From NCBI RefSeq assembly GCF_036321535.1, contig NC_087437.1:54252001-54316000 (forward strand): 64,000 bases of DNA. The letters run 5' to 3'. The notes under the pieces were generated by a model. The model saw only the letters and a list, made by a program, of their open reading frames with translations, did no database searches and was not told where the DNA came from. This DNA is from Camelus dromedarius. Taxonomy: Eukaryota. Shown here piece after piece: positions 1 to 12,964 of this stretch; positions within the stretch are counted from its first letter, which is position 1, and the number at the start of each line of letters is the position of its first letter. The translations under genes were made by a program, and so were the position numbers.

Positions 1-139
1 TGTTTGCCGCACAAAGACCCATATGTGAAACATTTTAAAATACATTTTTACATAAATAGAAACCAATTTAAGGGATGATGGAAGAAATATGTGAAGAAAA
101 GGTGGTAAAATATCTTTGTAAAGTTTGTCTTGGTCTTAA

Positions 140-1530
140 AAAATAACTGAGACCAAAGAAAAGAGAAAGGAAAAACATGTCCATGAACACCAAGAATGAG
201 ACGTCTAGATGAACTCAATATGATGGAGCAGGCAAAGACCGAGGGACATTAGAGTATGTTAATGTCCTTGGCTAATATGAGAGAAAAGAGGGCCAACTTT
301 AAAACAGTGAACAAAACGTACAAAACATGGAAAAAAGTGTGACAAATTGAAAAAAAACTAATAAAGTAGAAAAAATAAAGTAATCCATGTATTAAGATAT
401 TAGGATAACTTCCACAGATAAAAATGAGCTAATTTGCCAAATAAAAAACCCAAAACCCAGTTATTTGTTATTCACCAGACACATTCTAAAGCAACACATA
501 AGCAATAGATGGAAATGAAAGGATTAAAACTGATTAATCTGGCAAATAGAACAAAATACAGTATTATCAGATAATATGAATATCACAACCTTTATACCAA
601 AACAAGGAAAAACTGAGAAAGGATAATTACATAGCTATGCCAGTTATTGCTATAAATGTAAAAATCCTTAAAAAAATTTTTAGTAAATCAAGTCCAAAGG
701 GCATTAAAGTGACCATACACCACACTAGGCTTTCCTCGGCTATGAGGACAGTCTTAACATTAGAAGATCTGTAAGCATAATTTACCAGCTAATATTGCTA
801 GTACAATAAGATAAGCAAAATAAGAGACTTAACAATTGAAAATGAGGAAGTAAAATTACCATTATTCTCAGATGATTTGATTTTGGGACCAATTTCCATA
901 GCTGTTCTTGGTGAGAAGATTAGTCACGGTTAAAACTGGGAGTTTGTAAACCACTTAGAAAAGCAATTGGATAATATCTTATAAAATTGAACTTTATGGA
1001 CTCTATAACTCAGCAATTGTACTCCTATGACTATATTTAAAAGAAACTCTGCATATGTACACTAGAAAAGGCAGATTGAGAATGTTCATTGCACTACTGT
1101 ACAAATTAACAAACAAAAAATTACCATCAATAGAGGATGAATGAGCTATGGCACATTCAAAATAAATGAATACAAGAAGCGACAGTATGGACGAGTCTTC
1201 ACAATATAATATTAATTAAAAAGTAAAACTATCAAAACTATTTGTGCATGATGTCCTTTTTATAATGTTAAGAACACTAATCAAATATACTTTTGAAAGA
1301 ATATATATAGGTGAGGTAAAACTATTTCAAAAGGGAAGTAAAGGGATGAGGAACACAAGATGCATGATGGTGGTTACTCTGGGAGGGGGTGCCAGGGGCT
1401 GAGTTGGGGAAGACTACAGGGGAAGATGTGGTCAAGCTACTGTTGAAGTCCGAGCTTTCACACTGAAGGGTCATTTACAAATGCTTGTTACCTTAGATTA
1501 AAACTAAGGAAGTAAACACAGTGATGCCAT
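140..1530 (+). mobile_element. Ancient LINE-1 (L1ME-type) fragments: endonuclease, RT and 3' end pieces
   Basis: A-rich + strand. ~420-575 resembles ORF2 endonuclease and ~580-885 the RT region (TTCTCAGATGATTTGATT, FSDDLI ~ FADDMI). ~900-1530 has L1M 3' motifs (AACTCAGCAATTGTACTCCT, AATGTTCATTGCA, GGTGGTTACTCTGGG). Confidence 0.8.
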
Positions 1531-1849
1531 ACATGGAAAAAGGATTATGCTTAATCCAATTCTAAGTCCCTGAGATCTAAAAGAAATATTTCAAATGGGA
1601 GATTTCAGGCGCTGAGGGCCTGGAGGTGGAGGTTTCTTTAGGCAGAGCTGTCTGAGTCATATATTTAGTGGCCATTTGCTCCTTTAGGCCTGGAGGCCTG
1701 CCTACTTCCATAAATATCGGTACCAAACCGGTTGTGAAGATCATGTGTAAAGACTAAATTTCCGCTCTCAGACACCCTGTCGTTAACCAGAGGTCGGCAT
1801 TTGCTTCTCCTGCGGCAGTGGTATCTTAACCAGTCTCCTTATCTAAGGC

Positions 1850-2140
1850 CCACCCTCCTTTACAGTTCTCTGTACTGCCTCCAGAGTGTTACTGCTAAAC
1901 TGCAAAATTCATCAGATCACTTTCCCTACACCACTCTCTCAAGTCCTTGGCCAGGTATTACAGAAGCTCAGTGATCTTTCCCCAGCAGAACAGCCCCGAA
2001 TTACTCATGAATTCCTGAATGTTTCCTGCAGTTCACACCAGCCTGCCTTTGCACATGCTGCCCTGTCTGTCTGAAATGCCCTTGTCCTTATCTGCTGACA
2101 TTTCACTCTTTCTCAAATCTCAGCTCCCCTCCTTCCTATT
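1850..2140 (+). mobile_element. L2 LINE fragment
   Basis: GCCTTTGCACATGCTGCCCTGTCTGTCTGAAATGCCCT and CTCAAATCTCAGCTC match the L2 3' region. Confidence 0.7.
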
Positions 2141-2809
2141 CTATGAAGACCTGGCAGGAGAAGGCAATGGGCCAGGAGGGTGGGACTCACCAGGAGCTCA
2201 AGAATAACTGTATCTTTAACATGGACAAAGCTTAGACACACAGAGTAAAGCCAGAGACAGACCCTGCATGTCACATCCAGGCTGCAACTGAGGCTCAATC
2301 TGGTGAGTTACACTGTGTCAGTAGTGCGAACCCAGGCGGGCCTGAAGCTCTGATCTCTACCCCAGTCTCCCAGAGGTGCTTTCTAGGCAGCAGTGAAGAA
2401 AGAGCTTGGGCTTTGGAGTTAGACTGGCTTGAGTCAATTCTGGATCTACCCTTTAAAGTGCATCGGATCTATGGGAATTTAAATATCAGCACGCTGGAAA
2501 TGAGGGAACAATTTAAATAGTGCAAGTGATTCTGCCCATCACTTTATTAAGTTAGTGGATGAACCTCAGCAAGCAGGAGATGACACACTAGAATCTGTTG
2601 CTTATGCAAAACCACATATGCTGTACTTTACTGACAAATTAAAGGACTGCCACAGTAATTTCTGACTGTGAGCAGTGTTTACCTCATGCACTGATTTTGA
2701 AATCCTAACCCCTGGGTGAGATGCTACTCTAGTGCATAAGCTGTGACTTTGAACAGGATTCTCAAGCTCCCTGAACTGTGATTTCCACATTCTTCAATTC
2801 TTTTAGGAG

Positions 2810-3393
2810 GGTGGCAGGTGGTATTTTCTAAAAGTGGTCACAGTAACATCTGCCACCCCACCTGAGCTCTCTCTCCACAAAGAGTGGGATCTATGTCTCC
2901 CCCCACCCCCACCCTCTGGGATATGCGTGGACTAGTGACTTGCTTAAAGCCAAGAGAGTAAAGCAAAAAGACTATGATGTGACTTCAGAGCTACGCCAGC
3001 TTCCACCTTTTTTCGCCCTCTGGAGCACTTGCTTCTAGAGCACTGCGCTAGAAATTCATGTAAGAAATTCAATTGTCCCGAGGCCACCGTGCTGTGAAGG
3101 AACACAAGCCACACAGAGAGGCCACACTTAGGTGCTCCCGTCCCTGTGGACAGAGAGCAGCAGCTGCCAGACATGCGACTGGTGATGGCCGACATGATCC
3201 CAGCCCACAGCTGTGGGCCTGTCAGCCTCTGCATCTCCCAGCTGAGTCTCAGACACCACTGAGCAGAAACAAGCTGGCCCTTTTGTAACCTTTCCGAATT
3301 CCTGACCCACAGAATCCACACTCATAATAAAATTAATCTTTTATGCCACCAAGTTTAGGGGTGGCTTTTAAAGCAGCAATAGAAACTGAACCA
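2810..3393 (+). mobile_element. MLT1 (MaLR) solo LTR, MLT1H-like, inserted into a MIR
   Basis: Start GTGGCAGGTGGTATTTTCTAAAAGTGG; internal GAGGCCACCGTGCTGTGA and AATTCCTGACCCACAGAATC; AATAAA; end GCAGCAATAGAAACTGAACCA. MIR sequence lies on both sides (~2700-2790 and ~3395-3470). Confidence 0.85.
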
Positions 3394-3959
3394 AAGATTT
3401 TTCTGAGGACTGAACAAATATAATTTACATAGAGCCCGTGACACACAGCATGTGCTCAGAAAATGGTGGCTGGTTTTGGCACTGTATCCTATGCCTGGTC
3501 TAGCAGCCACTCTGTTTTTCTGGGCCCAAGGCTTCTCTTTAGGAATTCCTGCCCGAGTAACTCAAAAGTTTGTGTGGATCAAATAGGGTGATGGATGTGA
3601 AAGTGCTTTGGAAATTGTAATGCTCTGTACAAAATCAAAGGAATCCTTACATTTGTATTTTATCTGTCCACTAACAGCTCTGGATAGGAGGGCACGCTCA
3701 TCATCCTTTAGTGACAGTCAGTGTCTGAGATCCCAAGATCAAAGGGCCTCGGCCCAAGGTCTCACATTGGCTCCCTGTTGGAGATCATTAATTTCAACCA
3801 TTCATCTAATAAGCTTTCATTAAGTACCTACTGCAAGCTGAAAATTTACATGTTGGGAGTTTTCTGGAGAAATTAGGGTACTCAGTTCAGTTCTCTAAGA
3901 AAATTCTGGAGAGTTAAGAGGACAAGAAATAAACCTGACGCCAGTAGAATTATTGTCTC

Positions 3960-4130
3960 TCTCAGTTCTCACAATGAGTCTGTGAGATGGGTTGTTTGTT
4001 AGTAGCCTTTCCAAAGGAGAAAACAGATACTAGGAGAGATTAACTGTCTGGCCCAAGTTCACAGCAGTAGTAAGTCAGCCCTGAAATCCAAGATCCAGGT
4101 CTGGAGATACTCCACCATGCTGCTACACTT
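3960..4130 (-). mobile_element. MIR SINE
   Basis: TTCTCACAATGAGTCTGTGAGATGGG...GCCCAAGTTCACAGCAGTAGTAAGT, MIR core in antisense. Confidence 0.7.
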
Positions 4131-4449
4131 GAGTATTGTTTTCTGCCTCAAAGAATTGTTTCTTCACATAGACCGCAAAAATTTTTCTCATCTGAGATTC
4201 AATCATTTCCTCACTAGGTAACATTCCTGTTCAATCAATTGTCTTCCGAAATTTTATGTTAAAATAATTAATAATAGCAATAGCATCCCTTTAGCACGGA
4301 ACTTATGCATTTACAAAGCACGTTCTCTTCATCTTTCTCTTCCTGTGTCCTCTAAAAGCGCTGTCTGGGAAGCATAATGTCATGCCCAAGGTCTCACAGA
4401 CAATAAGTAAGCAAATGATTGCACTTGAATTTGCTGTTATATTGTAAGA

Positions 4450-5090
4450 GGAGTATTTCCTTAATGGTATGTAATTTGTCTCACATTATGCATCACCTGA
4501 TTTTAAGCGCCACTGAAAATTTGATAAAGGCTTATCGTCATGTTCAAGATGGATTTTACATGTTATGATGCTCACCTCATCCTACACAATATTCATCTCA
4601 TGACACAGTATGCATGTACATTGTGGACAAGAAATATTCGATCCGTTTTTTAAATGTCTTCTTAATAATTTCGATTAGTTTTTGGTTGACCTCCTGTCAG
4701 CTCAGGTTGGATGACTACTACATTCTCCTTGAAATGGGACTAGCAGAGGTTTTTTACCAGGAGTAGAAGGATCAGCACTTCCATCTCCTTGTTTGATTGT
4801 ACTTGCTACGTAGGTCATCTTCTTCAATCCACTGTTTGTCAAAATCTTTTAAGGCAGAAATCATTTTAACTCATTTTGAATCCATTTTGAAAAGGATAGT
4901 TTAGTTGAAACTGAATGATATAACCTGAAGATACGTTTGATGGGGTTCATTTGAACTTGAGGATGTCACAATATGCTGAGAGCCTAAAAAGAATGCATGT
5001 GACTACCCCACTACTCAACTCCTGTTCTGCCTTCAAGACGTCTTAGATATGTTAGAAGGATGGGATTTTCTCATGCAGGTGTGAACACCA
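4450..5090 (-). mobile_element. Possible Tc2/Kanga-like DNA transposon remnant
   Basis: The minus strand near 4885 reads MDSK*VKMISALK, reminiscent of the Kanga transposase start as I recall it. The match is weak and unaligned. Confidence 0.35.
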
Positions 5091-5149
5091 ACATGGGTAG
5101 CAGCGCCCATCCCCTTATCAGACATTGGTAAAACTTTCTTTTTTTATAT

Positions 5150-5440
5150 TTATAATATAAAAATAGAAATTCTTGGTGCCTGCTTAAATCCACACGTGTG
5201 AAAAAACTACATAGAACTATACGCATACATATATACACATAAACAAGTGTAAGAAAAAATAGAGAAAGTCTAAACAAGCACCATGGACCGTAAGAGTGTT
5301 GACTTCCTTCTTCTGGTATTAGACTGTAAGTAAGCAAGATGCCATTACAAGGTGAAGGATATAGCTCCGTCTCTTTCAATTTTGTTTTTGTAAGTTTCTT
5401 TGAATCCATAACTATTTCAAAAATTACATAAATAGAAGTT
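5150..5440 (+). mobile_element. L1ME-type 3' end fragment
   Basis: A-rich, ending TTTGAATCCATAACTATTTCAAAAATTA, typical of old L1 3' termini. Confidence 0.5.
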
Positions 5441-5499
5441 CTAATATCCATTTGGCATCCCAGTAGATTGTTGAATGCATCTCCAAACAGGCCCTTTTT

Positions 5500-5630
5500 G
5501 AAGACTGTGGCTCTGGCTCACTGTGAAACCTAGCAGAAGTGATCTCCTCTCTTCAAACCTCACTTTTCCTCATCTATAAAATGGATAGTTTGGCTCAAAG
5601 CTCCAGTCTGCTCTAAAATTCTAGGATTGC
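5500..5630 (+). mobile_element. MIR3-like SINE
   Basis: CCTCACTTTTCCTCATCTATAAAATGG...GCTCTAAAATTCTAGGATT. Confidence 0.7.
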
Positions 5631-6349
5631 ATGCACATAATTTTGAGGAAGTATAAGTCTCTCTCAGGTTGTAGTATCGTGAAGCATCTCTAGCTGGTGG
5701 AAGGAAATGTGGCCAAATGTTTGATACCAAGTCCTCTGTCCTGGAAGGTGGACTTAAAGCCATTCACCCCTTCCCACAAGCTCCTGAGAGTCTTGGAACT
5801 GAGCGAAACTCCAAACATTTAAGAATATTTTCAACAAGAATCAAATAACACATCACAGAGACTGGATAAAAGAAAAATGTCACATTACCTGCTGAAAATG
5901 ATGTCTACAACACAAGACCTCCAGAGTCCATTGAGAGTACACGGTAGCTATACCCTGCTTTCATGACTTGTTCAGACTGTCCAGAATGCTAACTGCAAAG
6001 AAAAACACCCCTTAGCAGCCAAGTTGGAAGAGCTGCAAAGGGATTTGTAAGTAAGCCTCAGCCTCCAGGAATTTGTAAATGTCACCCTGACATTGAAGGG
6101 GGAGGTTGATTGTTCTCCAGTGCTTAGCAGTTAAAAAACTCATCCTTGGAGAAAGTCAAGAGGTGTGGCTACATCTTTTTCACATCTACAGACAATCTCT
6201 TAACCCTGGTAACTGCTCAGTTGGAAAGATATATTTACCTTGGCTTGGGAACCAGGAAGAACAGTTCCTGTCATAGCTCTCCTGTTGGCCATATCTTAGA
6301 GCTGTTTCAGCTATGTGTCTTCCTCTGACCGAGTTATTTCTTGCTTCCT

Positions 6350-9172
6350 TTCTTTTTTTTTTTTTTAATACTTGTTGTTTTTGAGCAGTTTTAGATTTAT
6401 AGCAAAACTGAATGGAAGGAAGAGAGATTTCCCACAGACACCCTGCTCCTACACATTCATAGCCTCCCCCATTATCAATATCCCCCACCAGAGTGGTACA
6501 TTTGTTACAAATGAACATCATTATCACCCAGAATCCATAGTTTACATTACATTTCCCCTTGGTATTGTACATTCTATGGGTTTAGAAAAAAGTAAAAAGA
6601 CATGTATCTACCATTGTAGTATCAAAGACAATAGACAATAGTTTTATTGCTTTAAAAATTTTCTGTGTTCTGTTTATTGATCCTTCCTTGCTCCCTAATT
6701 CCTGGCAATCATTTATCTTTTTACTGTCTCCACAATTTTGCTTTTTCCAAAATATCATATAGTTGGAATCATACAGTATGTAGTCTTTTCAGATTGTCTT
6801 CTTTCACTTAGTAATATGCACTTATGTTTCCTCCATGTCTTTTCATGGCTTGATAGCTTTTTTTTTTTTTTTTTAGTTCTAAAAATATTCCATTGTCTGG
6901 ATGTGCCACAGTTTATTTATCCATTCACCTACTGAAAGATGTCTTGGTTGCTTCCAAGTTTTAGCAAATATGAATAAAGCTGCCATAAACATCCATGTGC
7001 AGATTTTTGTGTGGACATAAGTTTTCAGTTCATTTGTGTAAATACCAAGAGTGTAATCATTGGATCATACAATAAGAATATGTTTAGTTTTGTAAGAAAC
7101 TGCCAGACTTTCTTCCAAAGTAGCTGTACCATTTTTGAATTTCCAACAGTGAATGAGAGTTTCTGATTCTCTACATCCTAGCCAGCATTTGGTGGTGTTA
7201 TTGTTATGGATTTCGGCTGCTCTAGTAGGTATGTAGTTGTAGCTCATTGTTGTTTTAATTTTCAGTTCCCTAATAACATATGATGTGAAGCATCTTTTCA
7301 TATGCTTACTTGCCATTTGTATATCTTCTTTGGTAAGGTGTCTGTTCAGGTCTTTTGCTCATTTTTAAAATCTATTAGTTCATTTTCTTATCATTGAGTT
7401 TTAAGTGTTCTTTGTATATTTTGGATACCACTCCTTTATTAAATATGTCTGTTGCAAGTATTTTCTTCCAGTCTGTGACTTGTCTTCTCATTCTCTTTCA
7501 CAGAGCAAAAGTTTTAAATTTAATGAAGTCCAGCTCATCAATTATATCTTCATTGATCGCATTTTTTTCTAAAAAGTTCTTGCCAAACTCAAGGTCATCT
7601 AGATTTTCTCCTATGTTAACTTCTAGGGTTTTTAGAGTTCTGCATTTCATATTTAAGTCTATAATCCATTTTGAGTTAATTTTTGTGAAGGGTTTAAGAT
7701 CTATGTCTAGATCCTTTTTTTAAAATTGCATATGGCTATTTATTTATCCCAGTACCATTTTTTGAAAAGACAGTCTTTACTCCATTGTATTACCTTTGCT
7801 CCTTTGTCAAGGGTCAGTTGACTATATTTATGAGGATCTATTTCTTGGCTCTCTACTTTGTTCCACTGATCTATTTGTCTTTTTTTTTTTTTTTTTTAAC
7901 AAATACTGTACTGTCTTGATTATTGTAGCTTTAGAGCAAGTCTTAAAGTTGGATAATAGTAGTCCTCTAACTTTTGTCTTCTTCACTATAAGTTGGCTAT
8001 TCTGGGTCTTTTGCCTCTTCATATAAACTTTAGAATTAATTCATCAATGTTCAAAAAAAATCTTGCTGGAATTTTTATTGGGATTGCATTGAATCTTTAG
8101 ATCAAGTTGGGAAGAGATGGCATTTTGACAATGTTGAGTCTTCCTACTATAAACATGAAATGTCTCTTCATTTATTTAGTCCTTTTAAAATATTTTTATC
8201 AGAGTTTTGTGATTTTCCTCATATAGATCTCATAAATATTTTGTTAGGTTTATACCTAAGTATTTCATTTTTTTGGAGTGCTAATATAAATATAGTGTTT
8301 TTAATCACAAATTCTGCTTGTTCATTGCTGGTCCATAGGAAGGCAATTGACTTTTGTATATTACTCTTGTATCTTACAACCTTGCTATAATCACTTATTA
8401 ATTCCAAGAGGCTTTTTTTTTTTTTTGGTTGATTCATTGATTTGCTACATAAATAGTCATGTCAACTGAGAACAAAGACAGTTTTATTTATTCCTTTCCA
8501 ATCTATATACTTTTTATCTACTTTTCATGCCTTATTGCATTAGCAATAACTTCCACTATGATGATGAAAAGCAGTGGTGAGAAAACACATCCCTGTGTTA
8601 TTCTTGATCTTAGTGGGGAAACTTTGTTTCATTAAGTATAATGTTAGTTATAGGGTTTTTGTAGATGTTCTTTATCAAGTTGAAGATGTTCCACTAATCC
8701 TACATGGCTAAGAGTTTTTTAAATCTGAATGAGTGTTGAATTTTGTCAAATACTATTTCTATATCTGTTGATATGATCATGTGATTTTTTTCCTTTTTAG
8801 CCTGTTGATATAATGGATTACATTAGTTGATTTTTAAATGTTTAATAATTATTGTATACCTGAAACAAATCTTTCTTGGTCATGGCATATAATTATTTTT
8901 ATATATTGTTTGATTCAATTTGCTAGTATTTTGACAAAGAAAATGTGTTGATAATTGTATGTCTATGTTCATGAGAGAGATTGGCCTACAGTTTTTTTTC
9001 TTTGTCTTTGTCTGGTTTTAGTATTATGGTAATGCTGGTCTTATAAAGTGAGTTAGGAAGTATTCTCTCTGCTTCTATTTTCTGGAAGAGATTATAGAAA
9101 ATTAATGTAACTTCTTATATTATTTTTAAAGTTTTGTAGAATTCACTATTGAATCTATCTGGGTCCCACTCT
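6350..9172 (-). mobile_element. LINE-1, L1MC1-like, 5'-truncated, with decayed ORF2
   Basis: Poly-T at ~6350, then L1MC-type 3' UTR (GAGCAGTTTTAGATTTATAGCAAAACTGA, CCCCACCAGAGTGGTACATTTGTTACA). Minus-strand ORF pieces are clear ORF2 remnants: KHMKRC...[56 protein letters not shown]. Many stops and frameshifts. Confidence 0.95.
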
Positions 9173-9174
9173 TT

Positions 9175-9440
9175 TAAATAAAAAATTTACTGAGATATTT
9201 ATAGATTCACATGCAGGCATAAGAAGTAATACAGAGAGATCTTCTGTGCCCTTCACCCAGTCCCCCCCAGTGATGCATCTTGCAATACTATAATGCAATA
9301 TCACAACCAAGATATTACCATTGATACACTCCACCTCTATTACTGGTATTTTTCATTTGTGTATGTATTTAGTTCTATACAATTTTATCACATGTGTAAG
9401 CTTATTGTTGACTAGCATAGTCAAGATACAGAAAAGTCCA
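9175..9440 (-). mobile_element. Second L1 3' end (L1MC/L1MD-type)
   Basis: ATAGATTCACATGCAG...AAGTAATACAGAGAGATC...CCTTCACCCAG...ATATCACAACCAAGATATT. Confidence 0.8.
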
Positions 9441-9904
9441 GATTTCTTTTCATCCTTTCTGCAGCAGTATGGATTCTACAAATGCTAAGTGATAGAAACT
9501 CATTGGATACTTATCAACACATTTTCTTAAGGGATTTCATTTCTTACAACTCACAGCTGTTATCTAGGGTCTCCTTTGTTCTATTGTTCCTAGAATGGGC
9601 CCCATAGGCCATTGCAAGGAACTATGGTTAATGGGCTTATTTCTGCACCAGAGTTGCTGAATTCAGCTTCTTGTTCATGTTTGACATACATCACGTTTTA
9701 ACTGTTAGAAGCTAGCAAGCAAGACACAACCTCCTTCTCAGATGAAATCACCTATCTACATTCACAGGGCTGAGGGATGGCACTTCAAATCCATGACAGT
9801 CAACAGGATAAGTAACATGTTCAGCTTGACTTCTGAGAGTCTAAGATAGAGTTATGTCTACACAGCGCATTGATGGTTTGGAGGAAAAAGTGCCAGATAA
9901 TATA

Positions 9905-10030
9905 ATTTATTTATTCATTAAACAAGTATTGGGAGATGATTATGTGTCATCTTTGATAGGGATACAAAGATGAACTGAACAAAGATTTTTGCCCTAAAAC
10001 AATTTATGCACTAGCTAGGGAAATATGACA
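9905..10030 (-). mobile_element. L2 3' end
   Basis: ATTTATTCATTAAACAAGTATTG...GGGATACAAAGATGAAC. Confidence 0.7.
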
Positions 10031-10059
10031 TAAATTCAGTTAGTCTTCTTTCCCACAAC

Positions 10060-10390
10060 TTCACACCTTGTGCTCTAGCCAAACAAACTACCCATTCACT
10101 AGTCACCAAACTTCACACGGTTTCCTTGCCTCTGCCTTTGTTCATAGTATTTCCTCTGACTGGCCTCCTCTTGCTTCTCATGACCACTTCTTTCCCCAAA
10201 CCGAGATCAAATGCGAACTTCTCCATGAAGATTTTCCTGACACCCCCTAAACAGTAAGTGATCTCTCCCTCCTGAGGTCCTTTATGATGGCTTTAACATG
10301 TCATACTTTGTATTTGAGTTATTTATCTCTATGGTTAAGTTCCCTGGTAGACATGAGCTTTGAAGGCAGGATCTTGTATCTATGAAGCTG
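10060..10390 (+). mobile_element. L2 fragment
   Basis: CTTGCCTCTGCCTTTGTTCAT...TTCTCCATGAAGATTTTCCTGAC...TAGACATGAGCTTTGAAGGCAGG. Confidence 0.75.
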
Positions 10391-10757
10391 AGGATCCAAA
10401 CATGTCCTACCAAGTGCAATAATATTTTGATAAAACTTAGTTAATTTTCATAGCAAGTCTTCATCCTATTTCCCCTTCTTCCTCTCTGCATGTGAAAATT
10501 AAAATGTGGTTATGCTGCAAATATTTGATATGGACCTTAGAAAATATGAGCCAAAAGCACAGGACAACATAATATTCTCATGTTTTTTTCTAATATTTGT
10601 TTTATGATCCTGCAAGCATTCCCAGACTTCCTGTGGCAAAGATCATTCTCTCAGTTCCTAAGCAAAATTCCTTAAGGAATAAAAGGATTGGGCAATATTC
10701 TACTATCAGAGTTGGAAGGTACCTTAAGGATTATCTAATTCAATCAACTTGTTTTAA

Positions 10758-10811
10758 TTTAATTTAATTTTTTAATTTTTTGGATTTTGGTGGGGGTGTA
10801 ATTAGGTTTAC

Positions 10812-10863
<52 letters not shown>

Positions 10864-10941
10864 GTGGAGGCACTGGGGATTGGACCCAGGACCTTGTGCA
10901 TACTAAGCATGCACGCTACCACTGAGCTATTCTGTCCCCCC
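10758..10941 (-). mobile_element. Camelid tRNA-Ala-derived SINE (vic-1 type) with target-site duplication
   Basis: Minus strand GGGGGGACAGAATAGCTCAGTGGTAGCGTGCATGCTTAGTATGCACAAGGTCCTGGGTCCAATCCCCAGTGCCTCCA is tRNA-Ala-like with A/B boxes. It is followed by (TAAA)n, AAACCTAATTAC and an A-rich tail. Direct repeat AACTTGTTTTAA at 10746-10757 and 10944-10955. It interrupts a MIR (~10705-11050). Confidence 0.9.
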
Positions 10942-11479
10942 TAAACTTGTTTTAAATATAGGGAAACTTGAGGCTTGGAAGGGAGATGAACCTTGTTCAA
11001 GGTCACAGAGTGATTCAGGGGCCAAGCTAGACCTGGAGTGTTGGTCTCTTGGTGGTTACTGCAACATGTCTGTCTATATACCAGATCAAGTTGCCAAGTG
11101 GATCCCGCTTTTGCCCAACACCCTCCCTGAAGTTTCAGTCTGAAATAAGCCCAGACCATTACGAGCATTACAACAGGATGGCCAGAAGCTTTGCTTAGCA
11201 CATTATCTGCCCAGCCTTCCATGAAATTGAAGAGTTCTGTAATGAGGGGAGTAACTGGACACAATGTGTCACCAAGAGCCCCAAAGGAAGCACATCGTGA
11301 CCCACACAAGACTAAGCCCAAAGACAGCAGCCAGAGCTGGTAGGGGACTATGCCTTTAGAGTGATAGACTCCTGGAGCTGGGGAGAACCTTGGAAATTAT
11401 CTAGAAAAGGAAGCAGCCATGGAACATGAGGTGCAGGGCTTTGTCTTCTAGAAAAAAACCCTGTTGTATACCTGTCATG

Positions 11480-11600
11480 GAACATTGGGCAAGTTTTCCC
11501 CCTTCTCCAGTCCTCAGTTTCCAAGTGTATAAAATAAACAGGTTGGATTAGATGGTACGAAATGTACTTTCCAAATCTGACCATTTTCTATTCTATAAAG
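11480..11600 (+). mobile_element. MIR/MIR3 SINE
   Basis: TTGGGCAAGT...CCTCAGTTTCCAAGTGTATAAAAT...GGTTGGATTAGATG. Confidence 0.75.
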
Positions 11601-11601
11601 C

Positions 11602-11720
11602 ATCCCATTTCCTAGTTTGACAGGTGAGGAAAAGGAGGATTACAAGGTTCAAAAACTTGCCTGAGGTTCCACAGTGCACTGGTGGCAGAGCGGTGACCAG
11701 AGCCCAGGCCAGCATTTCTA
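11602..11720 (-). mobile_element. MIR SINE
   Basis: TTTGACAGGTGAGGAAA...ACTTGCCTGAGGTTCCACAG...GGTGGCAGAGC. Confidence 0.7.
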
Positions 11721-12964
11721 CCTACTGCCCCACATGGCTAGAACCATCACTTCCAAGCTGCCCTGTAGCCTTGTGAATTGTGAAATTGCTGTCCCAAGGC
11801 TCTTGCAATGTCTGTCTTCTCTGTCCCCTTGGGACTGCTGGCAGCACCCGGAGGGCTGGGGGAGAGGGGTCTGGGTAGTCTGCACCCTGGAAGTGGAGCA
11901 AAGATCAAACCAGCCCTTTCTCCCCTCACCCTGACAAAATGAAACCAAAACCAGCTCTATAACTCAAGGAGCAGTGAGGCCAGAGGAGAGGTGCCCCTCA
12001 GCCTCGGCTGATGCAAAGCCTCAGCCCCACAGAGTATGAAGGTCCTTCGCCAGGGGGGGAAGGTGGTTCTCCTGCCTGAGTCTCTGCAGAATGAAGCCAG
12101 ATGATGAGTGAAATCCAGAGCAAGGTGCTTGACCCAAGAGGAGCAACACTGGGTCAAGGTGCAGAAAGACTCAGTCCAGCAGGGCTCGGAAATTTACCTC
12201 CTGAGTGACTTTGAGTCACTTCAGGTCCCATCTAGAAAAGGGGAAAGGAGGTATGCAGAAGGAAAAAAAATTGTGGTTTGAACCTAATATTACCTTTGAG
12301 CCCTGCAACTTCTTTTGGGGCTGGATACAGAAAGCATTTTCCTCACCTATTTCCTCTGCAATACAGTAGAAAAGCTGTTTCAAAAAGATAATTGGAGTGG
12401 ACCCGCCCTGAGTATCAGACATTGTTATTAGCCTATCTTCATATCTTAAAGGTGAGTATAACCTAGTTCTTCCATTTCTTCCTTGAGAAGAAGCCATATG
12501 GCTCCACAAACCCTCAAGCCAGGAGACCCCTTTTGAATAATCCTGCTTTGGATGTGACTTGCCCAGAGTCACAAGAAAGGCACAAGCGGAGGCAGAAATA
12601 CATACGGATGGCCTGACTTCTAGTTCTCATTCCCAGTTGTTGGAGGAACATAACGAAAGTAAGAAAGGAAGCTGGTCTCCAGAGAGATATAATGGCTATT
12701 CCTCAGCCTTTATCAAAATAAGCTTCAGATAATCAGAAGTTAGAGGTCGGAGGATAACTTAAGGCCATCAGAAGTTGGCCAGATTGGACTCAGGCTCTCT
12801 AGAGAATTCTGGCCTTTTGGCAGCCAGATACAGTGAAGAACGCCAAGCCAGGCCTGTGTTTGGGCGCAGCTCCAGGCTCCAGCCCCCCTAAAGCCTGGGC
12901 TCTGACATGCACACGGAGCCCAGCGGCAAGCAGGGTCCATTCCTGAACATACGCTTTTAATCAG

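Noticed and set aside
6186..8437. Cluster of 60-130 aa ORFs on both strands
   Set aside because: Fragments or antisense frames of the decayed L1MC element.
10865..10941. Apparent tRNA-Ala gene
   Set aside because: It is a SINE head: mutated anticodon and T-loop, AT-rich tail and TSD.
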